From positions 62,001-126,000 of the IMG/VR virus record IMGVR_UViG_3300028392_000029: a DNA stretch of 64,000 nt. One strand, written 5' to 3'. Shown here in pieces: positions 22,020-29,804 of this stretch (positions are counted from its first letter, which is position 1; every line of letters starts with the position of its first letter). The notes under the pieces were generated by a model. That model worked only from the letters and a program-made list of their open reading frames with translations, had not been told where the DNA came from and searched no databases. The position numbers and the translations under genes are program-made.

Positions 22020-22379
22020 TTATAAACCAGTAGGGTATGCGTACTTACTACCAATTCTAGCAACAAGATTACCTTGGCTATCAATATAATAATAAATGCT
22101 ACGATCATCCCATCGTAATTGTTCGTACTTTAAATTTGCATATGTTAGATTGTGATTAACATCTCTACCTTCTAAAAAATCTACGCCGGGTTGAAAGTCA
22201 GGATAATTGTCGCTGGCTCCACCGTTGTTGTTAATAGTTATACTGTCAGTTCTACTTAATTGATTCACACGAGCAAAATATAAATCGCCAGCATCAGTTC
22301 TACGTAATGCGTACATGTATCTAGGTTGATCACCTAACAGTTCTTCTTGTGATCTACCAAAAAAGTAATTATCAGCCAT
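22020..22379 (-). CDS. Hypothetical virion-cluster protein
   Basis: 119-aa ORF tightly packed in the fibre operon, AGG(A)-type RBS upstream. Confidence 0.6.
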   Translation of the reverse strand: MADNYFFGRSQEELLGDQPRYMYALRRTDAGDLYFARVNQLSRTDSITINNNGGASDNYPDFQPGVDFLEGRDVNHNLTYANLKYEQLRWDDRSIYYYIDSQGNLVARIGSKYAYPTGL

Positions 22380-22390
22380 AATATTTGTCC

Positions 22391-22720
22391 TTATACAATT
22401 TCAGCGTAGCTTATAGTTGCGTCAATGCTAGTAGCAGTGTCGCTGGTTAAACTCATACTGCAACTACCAGCTAGAATCAATTTCTCACCGTTAGTAATAA
22501 CTTTGGCACTGGTATACGGATGAATAATCAGCGAGTTTATGTAGTTCACCGTTAGAGGTGTAGTATCAGTAATCGTCAGTGTACAACTTACATCATCATC
22601 TGTTGTATTAGACAAATTTATTCCAATAATAGTATATGTACTAGTATTAGGTGTAGTTAATAGTGCTGTAGGTGTAGTACCTAAGTCTTTTTTTACAGTT
22701 GTTCTAAAATATGTTGTCAT
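22391..22720 (-). CDS. Small virion adaptor-like protein
   Basis: 109 aa; LLTTP...IIGINLSN...YINSLIIHP...KLILAG, paralogous to 3594..3914 and 26540..26848. Confidence 0.6.
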   Translation of the reverse strand: MTTYFRTTVKKDLGTTPTALLTTPNTSTYTIIGINLSNTTDDDVSCTLTITDTTPLTVNYINSLIIHPYTSAKVITNGEKLILAGSCSMSLTSDTATSIDATISYAEIV

Positions 22721-22724
22721 GCTT

Positions 22725-24242
22725 TTATCCGAAAGTTATTGCTGCCGCAAATCCAATATCGTTAGCTTGCAGTGCATTAACACCGCTACTGCTACCAGCA
22801 ACAGATATCCAAGCTGACCCAGTCCATACTTCAACTAATTGAAGGTCGCTATTGTAGCGAATCATTCCAAGCTCAGAGTATGCTTGTAGAGGTCGGCTAC
22901 TACTTCCGCCAGTTGGAATTACTACACCATAGGTACCTGTGATTTTAGTATAACCGGTACCACTACCAGTGGCAGTCATTGCTGTTGCTGAAACTATTTG
23001 GCTGGGGTTCACATAGTATGTTCCGTTACCCCCGGTGCCTGTTGCTGGAGCAGTGATATAGGTCCCAGCGGTAACTGTATTTCCTGCTAGGATCATTCCA
23101 GTTACTATTGGCACTGAACCGGTAAAATTTGTTGCTGTTAAAATAATAGGGGTAGCGGTTACTGTTGTTCCCGATACTACCTGTGATGGAAATATTGTCC
23201 AAGTACTGGCAATGCTTGTGCCGGATCCTGTTAAGTTAGATACAATATATGTTCCAGCGGCAATTTGATTTCCCGTAATTACATATCCGGCTACTATACC
23301 TAATCCAGTTGGTGTGCTAGTAACACTTAATGTTGATCCGTTGATATTTCCTTGAAATGTGACTGCTGTTCCTAAACTAATTTCGCCAGTAAATGTTGCA
23401 ACTACCGAAGCAGTTCCGATAGTAGTAACAGCATTTGGGACTGTGTTGGTAATTGCACTATTATAAAATCGTAAATTGCCAGTTTGTAAACCGTAATTGT
23501 TACTAGTAGTAAAATTAATATCTGTATTAGGAGTATATGTACTAATCGTATTACCACTAATATCTAAATTAGCAGTTTTAATATCTGTAGCTGTTAGGTT
23601 AGTTACTGTGATATTTGTAAAATTAGCAGTATTAACATACAAGTTGTTCCACTGTAAATTACTCGAACCTAGATTATATGTACCAGTGGCCGCTGGTAAA
23701 ATATCGCTGTTAACTTCACCAGTGAATGTAATAGTGTCAGTTGTTTGATTACCTAAGGTGATATTTCCACTAGAGCCACCATCTGCACTGATATTACCAG
23801 TAACATGTAAATCACCATTGACCGTTGTATTGGCATTTATATTAATACTACCTGTGCCAGTAGTACTAATATTAATGTCAGTGTTTGTGCCCAAGCTGGC
23901 AATAGTGTTGCCAGTAATATTTAATTGTGTGCCAATAGACAAGCTACCCTGATAAACTACAGGATTAACTCCGCTTGGTAATAAATTAATTGTTGAACTT
24001 GAGCTACTAAGTGTATTGCTAGTTAAGGTAAAAGTAGCAATGTTAGATTGATTAGAAACGTATAAGTTTGTCGAGCGTGTTGTACCATTGACATCTAAGT
24101 CATAAGCCGGCGATGCTGTATTAATTCCAACACGGCCATTAACTACATCAAGATAGAGAAGGCTCGTCTCAAAAGCTAAATTCTGCCCGTTGCGGAGCAG
24201 ATTGTCTTTTAAGAGCGGCCCTGAAATTCGACCAACAGCCAT
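22725..24242 (-). CDS. Tail-fibre-related structural protein (505 aa)
   Basis: GRISGPLLKDNLLRNG..LYLDVVNGRVGINT N-terminus, ITLGNQTTDTITF motif, C-terminal PTG..RP...GMIRYNS motif; paralogue of 24387..25475. Confidence 0.7.
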   Translation of the reverse strand: MAVGRISGPLLKDNLLRNGQNLAFETSLLYLDVVNGRVGINTASPAYDLDVNGTTRSTNLYVSNQSNIATFTLTSNTLSSSSSTINLLPSGVNPVVYQGSLSIGTQLNITGNTIASLGTNTDINISTTGTGSININANTTVNGDLHVTGNISADGGSSGNITLGNQTTDTITFTGEVNSDILPAATGTYNLGSSNLQWNNLYVNTANFTNITVTNLTATDIKTANLDISGNTISTYTPNTDINFTTSNNYGLQTGNLRFYNSAITNTVPNAVTTIGTASVVATFTGEISLGTAVTFQGNINGSTLSVTSTPTGLGIVAGYVITGNQIAAGTYIVSNLTGSGTSIASTWTIFPSQVVSGTTVTATPIILTATNFTGSVPIVTGMILAGNTVTAGTYITAPATGTGGNGTYYVNPSQIVSATAMTATGSGTGYTKITGTYGVVIPTGGSSSRPLQAYSELGMIRYNSDLQLVEVWTGSAWISVAGSSSGVNALQANDIGFAAAITFG

Positions 24243-24360
24243 GAATGCTCCCTTATACCCCGTGTTTCACGGTTAACCACTTTTTCATCCCTTAGTAAAT
24301 AAGGGCTCTTTGCGGGTTTACCACAGTCGAACCATACAAGAAATGGTCATTTCTTGTAAT
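24243..24360 (-). promoter_or_regulatory. Structured 5' leader of 22725..24242
   Basis: Stems TACAAGAAAT/ATTTCTTGTA (24335-24358), CCCTTA/TAAGGG (24289-24305) and CCGTG/CACGG (24260-24272), downstream of the TAAATA box. Confidence 0.5.
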
Positions 24361-24386
24361 CAAAAGTATTTATCGTATTTTGGATA

Positions 24387-25475
24387 TTACCCGAAGATCA
24401 GGGACATTTCATTCATAATATCAGTAACATCAACTTCGGCTAGTACAGGACTTGTACCAATTGCTGGTATCCATCCTAAGGTACCATCATACACTTCAGT
24501 TTGAGAAATTGTAGAATTGTATCTGGTAGCGCCTACTTCTGGAGAACCTGGTCTCCCTGATGCTCCTGTAGAAGTTCCTACAGGAAGTACAACTCCGTTA
24601 GACCCTGTAAATTTTAAATAACCATTAGCAATATTGTTAAATGTCAGTGTTGAATTTGCAGAACTGCTATACAGCATAGTCAAAGTATTGCCATTAAATT
24701 TAAAATTATTATTTAAAATAACGCTACCGCTAGACGCTGATAAGATAGTATCAGCACTGGCATTACTGATAGTGTTTCCATTAAATAGAATATTTCCGCC
24801 AGTAATATTTGTTGGATTTAAAGAACTAACAGCAAGTGTTCCTCCTAATCCTCCTAAAATATTAACACCGTAAATATTTTTCCAACGTAGGCTATTAGAT
24901 CCTAGACTATAGGTATTTGTTGTAATGGGTAAAATATTACTATTAACTTCTGCTGTAATTGTAATAGTGTCAGTAGTTTGATTACCAAGTGTAATGTTAC
25001 CGTCAAGGGTGATATTACCGGTAGCGTGTAGGTCTCCAGTAACAGTAGTATTATTGTTTAGGTAAACATTGCCAGCGCCAATGGGACTAATTGAAATATT
25101 ATCGTTATTAATATAATCAACTATTGTGTTTCCACTAAGTGTTAATTTGTTAGTTTTAATAACAGGCGCAGTAATTGTTGGATTACTAGCCTGATTAGGA
25201 CTAATAGTAATTCCGCTAATAATATTTTGTATTTGATTAGTAGTAAACTCTAAATTTCCAAACTGTCCTAGAGTAGTAACATTTAAAGTCGGAGTGTTTA
25301 TTGCTCCAGCTGTTCCTGCAACGTTTAGATTTGATGTCGGACTAGAGGTACCAATGCCAACGTACTTGCCTGTAACATTTAAGTATAATAACTTAGTGTC
25401 AACAGCAAGATCAGAACCGTTACGTAGTAGATTATCTGCTAGTAACGGGCCGCCAATTCTTCCTATTTGAGCCAT
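24387..25475 (-). CDS. Tail-fibre-related structural protein (362 aa)
   Basis: GRIGGPLLADNLLRNG N-terminus, ITLGNQTTDTITI, PVGT...RP...GATRYNS. Confidence 0.7.
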   Translation of the reverse strand: MAQIGRIGGPLLADNLLRNGSDLAVDTKLLYLNVTGKYVGIGTSSPTSNLNVAGTAGAINTPTLNVTTLGQFGNLEFTTNQIQNIISGITISPNQASNPTITAPVIKTNKLTLSGNTIVDYINNDNISISPIGAGNVYLNNNTTVTGDLHATGNITLDGNITLGNQTTDTITITAEVNSNILPITTNTYSLGSNSLRWKNIYGVNILGGLGGTLAVSSLNPTNITGGNILFNGNTISNASADTILSASSGSVILNNNFKFNGNTLTMLYSSSANSTLTFNNIANGYLKFTGSNGVVLPVGTSTGASGRPGSPEVGATRYNSTISQTEVYDGTLGWIPAIGTSPVLAEVDVTDIMNEMSLIFG

Positions 25476-25484
25476 GCTAGCTCC

Positions 25485-26540
25485 TTATTGGTCAAAACCT
25501 AATAGCGCAATAACTACCTTGCCATAAGGCACCGGCGTACTAAATTTTAAGTAATAACTGTTGTTTGAAATTGATTGGCTAGCTTCAGCAATCGTTATAG
25601 CAGTATTAACTGCAATAGTTCCAGTTGGTACATGATTCATAGAAATACTAGTCAATGCTCCTGTGTTTGGATCAGTTATTGCAGAACCAGTAAGAAGGGC
25701 CCCGCTATAGATATTAGATCCGCTAACAGTTGCGCCAGTAAGAGGTACAGATGGGAATACCGCAGGAGTGCTACCACTTGCAGTAACTGATCCTCCGTTT
25801 TGATATGTTCCCGGATTAGTTGTTAGTGCGTAAGTAACTGTAGTTGCTGTTGAACCAGTGACTGTAAATACCCCGTTAAATGCACTTGATGCTTGTCCAG
25901 TAGATAAAATACCTTCAACTGTTATTGTTGCACCAATTGCAAATCCAGGTTGTGAAGACGTAGTATTTGACATTGTAACCGTAGCAACATTACTAGTCCA
26001 ACTTGCCGTGGTTACATTTAAACTTGTGTTAAAATATAATATTGCCGAACCTGTGCTAGCGGCTACGCTAAGAGATCCGGTATATGTTTCTGTCGGCAAT
26101 GTAGGATTTTGCACTACTGTATAGTTAAGGCTACTAAGTTGAATAACGTTTTCAACTACAACAATAATGTTTTGTCCGCCAAATGTTGAGTTTGTACTAT
26201 CTACATTTGTTGGGTTATAGGCGGAGTTTAAAGGACCAAAATATGTGTTATTGCTATCACCTGCACCTAAATTCTGTTGTACAATTGTTCCAGATTCTTT
26301 AAATCTTAAACTGCGCCATTTACTACTTTGATAAATTTCCAGTTGTCCACCAGCTGTTATGTCAGTGTTATATCGTACCATTCCGTTTACTGGATTGGCC
26401 GGACGTTGGGCAGTAGTACCAGTTGGTACTATTACATTATTAGTGCTTCCCAAAGTTACCTGACCCGTGGCGGTATTGGCGGATACATCAAATCCTGTAA
26501 CTGCCCTACGATTAAGGTTAACTTGTTTTAAGAATCTCAT
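25485..26540 (-). CDS. Virion structural protein (351 aa)
   Basis: VPTGTTAQRP...GMVRYNT fibre motif near the N-terminus and a Thr/Gly beta-module in the middle. Confidence 0.65.
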   Translation of the reverse strand: MRFLKQVNLNRRAVTGFDVSANTATGQVTLGSTNNVIVPTGTTAQRPANPVNGMVRYNTDITAGGQLEIYQSSKWRSLRFKESGTIVQQNLGAGDSNNTYFGPLNSAYNPTNVDSTNSTFGGQNIIVVVENVIQLSSLNYTVVQNPTLPTETYTGSLSVAASTGSAILYFNTSLNVTTASWTSNVATVTMSNTTSSQPGFAIGATITVEGILSTGQASSAFNGVFTVTGSTATTVTYALTTNPGTYQNGGSVTASGSTPAVFPSVPLTGATVSGSNIYSGALLTGSAITDPNTGALTSISMNHVPTGTIAVNTAITIAEASQSISNNSYYLKFSTPVPYGKVVIALLGFDQ

Positions 26541-26848
26541 TATACCGCCAATGTGCTAATTGTAAAAGATAACATCGAGCCTACACTGGCCACTGCTACA
26601 ATGCTATCTCCGTTTGCTAGTACTAATTTTTCTTGATCTAAACTTAATGTTTCCCCGCCTACGATTGGCAGTTGATAAACTATTGTTGTGTTATTTCCTG
26701 CACTGCTGCCGCTAGGGATTGCATACAGTGTAAGATTACTAGTAGTTGCTCCGTAATTACACACAATCATAGCAGTAATAGCATTGTTACCTGTACTGGT
26801 ATAAACTGTGGTATTGGTTATTGCAACTAGGGTATTTGAAATTGCCAT
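26540..26848 (-). CDS. Small virion adaptor-like protein
   Basis: 102 aa; VYTSTG..AIT.MIVCN...IVYQLPI..GETLSL..EKLVLANGDSI. Confidence 0.6.
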   Translation of the reverse strand: MAISNTLVAITNTTVYTSTGNNAITAMIVCNYGATTSNLTLYAIPSGSSAGNNTTIVYQLPIVGGETLSLDQEKLVLANGDSIVAVASVGSMLSFTISTLAV

Positions 26849-26857
26849 GTTCTTTCC

Positions 26858-27820
26858 TTATAGTAAAATACTCAAGAGTACTGCACGATTCTTACTGACA
26901 AGTTCGTCTTGAGTAGTTACATTTGATATATATAGTCCTGTATTACCCGGGCCAGCAGTCGCTTTGGAATACAATTTTGTTCGACCGGCTTGTTGGCTCG
27001 GTGTACTGCTTTGATCATCTAAATTTAATATCGCATTTACTTCAACGTTATTGTTGGCAGCGGCAAACACTAGATTTTGCGAAATTGAATTGTTAGTAAT
27101 AGTGTCACCAAAGAAATTCAAATCGCTAATATTCATACCGACTGCTGACACAGTAACAATAGTATTGCCACCAACATACATATTAATACTAGAACTAAAT
27201 GCTTGTACCTTACTGTATTCTGAACCAAAAACTGCATTTTGCGGAGTATATAATCTGTCAACTGTAGCAATACCATTGCTGGCAGCTACGTAATTGTACA
27301 AATATTTTCTGTTGAGAATATGATTATCTCTGGTAACTTTTGTTTCGTAGCTTGTTGAATTTGCAATTAACAATGCATAATTACTGTTCTGCATGTCAAA
27401 AGCAAAATCAGTTGTGCCGTCTGTGGCAATAGTTCTAAGTTGTAATCCTGATAGTTGTCCATCGATAGTCTTTAGTACAAATGCTCCGTTAACTTGACTG
27501 CTGTTTACAGGATTAAAATAAGGAACTTGTTCGTTGAATAAAAACTGAGCAGAGCTTCGACTACCTCGCAATATTTCAATACCGGCTTGGTAACTTTTTG
27601 TGCTACTAATACCAGCTCCAGTTTGCCCATAGTTTAACTGAAGTATATTATCTTTAATTTGAGTGTCAACGCTTTCTATATAAGAAGTAGTGCCTTGAAC
27701 ATCTAGATTGCCAATAACAGTAACAGTGCCTGTGGTACTTTGTGTATCCAGTATGATATTGCCACCAGATTGTACTTGGAGTTTGTAATCACCGTTACTG
27801 ACTTTTAATATTCTTGACAT
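26858..27820 (-). CDS. Virion structural protein (320 aa)
   Basis: VTVIGNLDVQGTTSYIES....IKDNILQLN...GIEI.RG, a beta-rich pattern common in T4-like fibre/baseplate proteins. Confidence 0.6.
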   Translation of the reverse strand: MSRILKVSNGDYKLQVQSGGNIILDTQSTTGTVTVIGNLDVQGTTSYIESVDTQIKDNILQLNYGQTGAGISSTKSYQAGIEILRGSRSSAQFLFNEQVPYFNPVNSSQVNGAFVLKTIDGQLSGLQLRTIATDGTTDFAFDMQNSNYALLIANSTSYETKVTRDNHILNRKYLYNYVAASNGIATVDRLYTPQNAVFGSEYSKVQAFSSSINMYVGGNTIVTVSAVGMNISDLNFFGDTITNNSISQNLVFAAANNNVEVNAILNLDDQSSTPSQQAGRTKLYSKATAGPGNTGLYISNVTTQDELVSKNRAVLLSILL

Positions 27821-27860
27821 TCTATATCCTTAAGTTGGGGACCTAAGTCCCCGTTCCTAA

Positions 27861-28883
27861 TTAAGCGTTATCGATCAACAATGAATCTGCTGTGGCTGCA
27901 GACATGTTCCACTTGACTTGTGATCCATCTACAAAAGCCGCATCTGTTCCAGTGCCACGTGCAATTGTAACTTTGCGTGATGTAATCTTGGTAGCAAAGT
28001 ATGTATAGCCAGCAGAGTCAAGTAAACGGATACTGCCTTCGCCAGCCGCTGAAGCAACTGAAGACTTCAATGCAACGATGCCTGTACGTGTACCGTCTGT
28101 TACTTTGAAACGATTTGTTGAAACTTGTTTAAGAATATCAACAGTAGTTGCTGAACCACCAGTTAAGTATGCTGTCATTAAGATTGTATTTTCTTGGTTA
28201 GTTGCTGAACCAACATTGCCAGTATCTACATTCAATACTGCTGTGGCTGTTAATGTGCCTTGTGTACCAGTTGACAATGTAACTGCCGGCACTGTTGTAT
28301 AACCAGAACCGCTTTCAGTAATTGTGAATCCAGTAATTGTACCTGCGGCTGCAACTGAACCACCTAATGTGATTGTTAAATCGTTTGTTGTAGCAACACC
28401 GCCTAAGCTAGCACCATCAATAACAATAGTGTTACCTGAAGCATAGCCTGTACCTTTAGTAGTACAAGTGATAGTTGTGCTTGCACCATAGCTTGTGCCA
28501 CCAGTACGTACAACTGTAAACACAGCACTAGTACCAGTACCGTTTGTTGATTTTTGTGTTAGGCCAGTAAAAGTCTGTGTTACTGCTACTGCTGTACCTG
28601 AACCAGTTAATGTTGTTACGTTAGTGCCAGATGTACCAGCGGCAATAGTTAACAATGCACCTGCTGGGCCTACTACTAAACTAGCTGTTGCACGAACACC
28701 ATTTGGTAGTGTTGGAGTTGCAATACTGATTTGTGATGCACCTGCTGTAAAACCTGATGAGTTGTTAGCACCAGCCAATGTGATACTTGCAATCCCTTCA
28801 CCGCCGATACCTTCATCAGTTGTAGTGCTTGCGGAACCGACGTTACGGTTACCAAAATATTTCTTATTTAAAGGACGTCCCAT
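27861..28883 (-). CDS. Virion structural protein (340 aa, Thr/Gly-rich)
   Basis: MGRPLNKKYFG start, ITESGSGYTTVPAVT repeat typical of T4-like structural proteins; AAGGAG RBS and TATAAATA upstream. Confidence 0.65.
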   Translation of the reverse strand: MGRPLNKKYFGNRNVGSASTTTDEGIGGEGIASITLAGANNSSGFTAGASQISIATPTLPNGVRATASLVVGPAGALLTIAAGTSGTNVTTLTGSGTAVAVTQTFTGLTQKSTNGTGTSAVFTVVRTGGTSYGASTTITCTTKGTGYASGNTIVIDGASLGGVATTNDLTITLGGSVAAAGTITGFTITESGSGYTTVPAVTLSTGTQGTLTATAVLNVDTGNVGSATNQENTILMTAYLTGGSATTVDILKQVSTNRFKVTDGTRTGIVALKSSVASAAGEGSIRLLDSAGYTYFATKITSRKVTIARGTGTDAAFVDGSQVKWNMSAATADSLLIDNA

Positions 28884-28970
28884 TTTGTTTTCTCCTTGTA
28901 GAAAAACGGCGTTCTAGGCCGTACGCGGTTGGATTTCCGCATAAAATCCACACCATGTGGATCATACATT
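28884..28970 (-). promoter_or_regulatory. Structured 5' leader of 27861..28883 with a terminator-like hairpin before the RBS
   Basis: Minus strand: AUCCACA-UGG-UGUGGAU; UAUGCGG-AAAUCCAA-CCGCGUA; ACGGC-CUAGAAC-GCCGU-UUUU; then AAGGAG. Confidence 0.5.
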
Positions 28971-28971
28971 G

Positions 28972-28979
28972 TATTTATA
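28972..28979 (-). promoter_or_regulatory. T4-type late promoter TATAAATA
   Basis: Exact consensus upstream of 27861..28883; further minus-strand TAAATA boxes in intergenic gaps at 3591, 16084, 24367, 33745, 34060 and 40925. Confidence 0.7.
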
Positions 28980-29721
28980 CGTAAGTGATTCGCATAGCTA
29001 CGTTGTCAATATATGCCGTATCAGTGTGTGGTGTAAGAACGTTGCTTCTAAAGGCTATTGCAACACCAAAGTTTACGTTAATTGTATCTATTAACTGTAT
29101 TGGACTATTCCATAAGTTTGTAGGAGATCCATAAATTTTATAGTTGTCTACTCCAGGATCTGCAATATTATCGCCGACTAGTTGTCCGTTTAGAACTAGT
29201 TGCACAACATAGTCTTGAACTCTAGATGCTCTGATAGAATCTATTTGAACTTCAATCCCCAGCAATGTTGATCCGTTGGGAGAAAATGCAAAGTTAGTAA
29301 ACCATAACTGGCTGGTTATTGTGGCAAATCGCTCTTGCCATAGACCTGATATTGTATGTAAAGGTTTAGCACTAGTGGCATACTTTGACACACCTCTACC
29401 AATGCTGGCTGCTGTATCTAGCCAGCTTATACTGTTATCCGTACTTACTTGAGTTACCAAGTTTGAAACAAGAAATTTGGTAGTTGTTGGTATAGGTGCT
29501 GGCGGTACTACCAGCACTGTTAGTACTAGTACTGAAAGTTTTTGAATATTATAATCATCTAATGTTCGACCAGGTTCTAAAATAGTACCATTGTAAGTTA
29601 ATTGTGGTTGTCCGGCAGGTGGACCTATTCTATCCTGTATTTTTGCTAGGACTCCTTCGATAGAATCAGAAGACTCTACATCAATTGTGATAGTAGACGG
29701 TACCTGAACAAATATTTGCAT
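28975..29721 (-). CDS. Ubiquitin-like domain (aa 1-~68) fused to a virion-type beta-sandwich domain; possible capsid decoration protein
   Basis: MQIFV...[21 protein letters not shown]...[14 protein letters not shown]: 40 of 76 positions identical to canonical ubiquitin in my manual alignment; no LRLRGG; Pro-rich linker; located directly after the major capsid gene. Confidence 0.85.
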   Translation of the reverse strand: MQIFVQVPSTITIDVESSDSIEGVLAKIQDRIGPPAGQPQLTYNGTILEPGRTLDDYNIQKLSVLVLTVLVVPPAPIPTTTKFLVSNLVTQVSTDNSISWLDTAASIGRGVSKYATSAKPLHTISGLWQERFATITSQLWFTNFAFSPNGSTLLGIEVQIDSIRASRVQDYVVQLVLNGQLVGDNIADPGVDNYKIYGSPTNLWNSPIQLIDTINVNFGVAIAFRSNVLTPHTDTAYIDNVAMRITYV

Positions 29722-29739
29722 AATAAATTCCTGTTAGTA

Positions 29740-29745
29740 TATTTA
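29740..29745 (-). promoter_or_regulatory. Late promoter box (TAAATA) for the ubiquitin-fusion gene
   Basis: Minus strand reads GGTAAATATACTAACAGGAATTTATTATG; it lies between the capsid terminator and the start codon. Confidence 0.6.
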
Positions 29746-29752
29746 CCCAAAG

Positions 29753-29776
29753 AAAAACGCCCCGAAGGGCGTTTTT
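29753..29776 (-). terminator. Rho-independent terminator after the major capsid gene
   Basis: Minus strand AAAAACGCCC-TTCG-GGGCGTTTTT: perfect stem, C(UUCG)G tetraloop, U-tract. Confidence 0.9.
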
Positions 29777-29804
29777 AATTTTGCTAAAGCAAAAAGTTAC
29801 AGGA

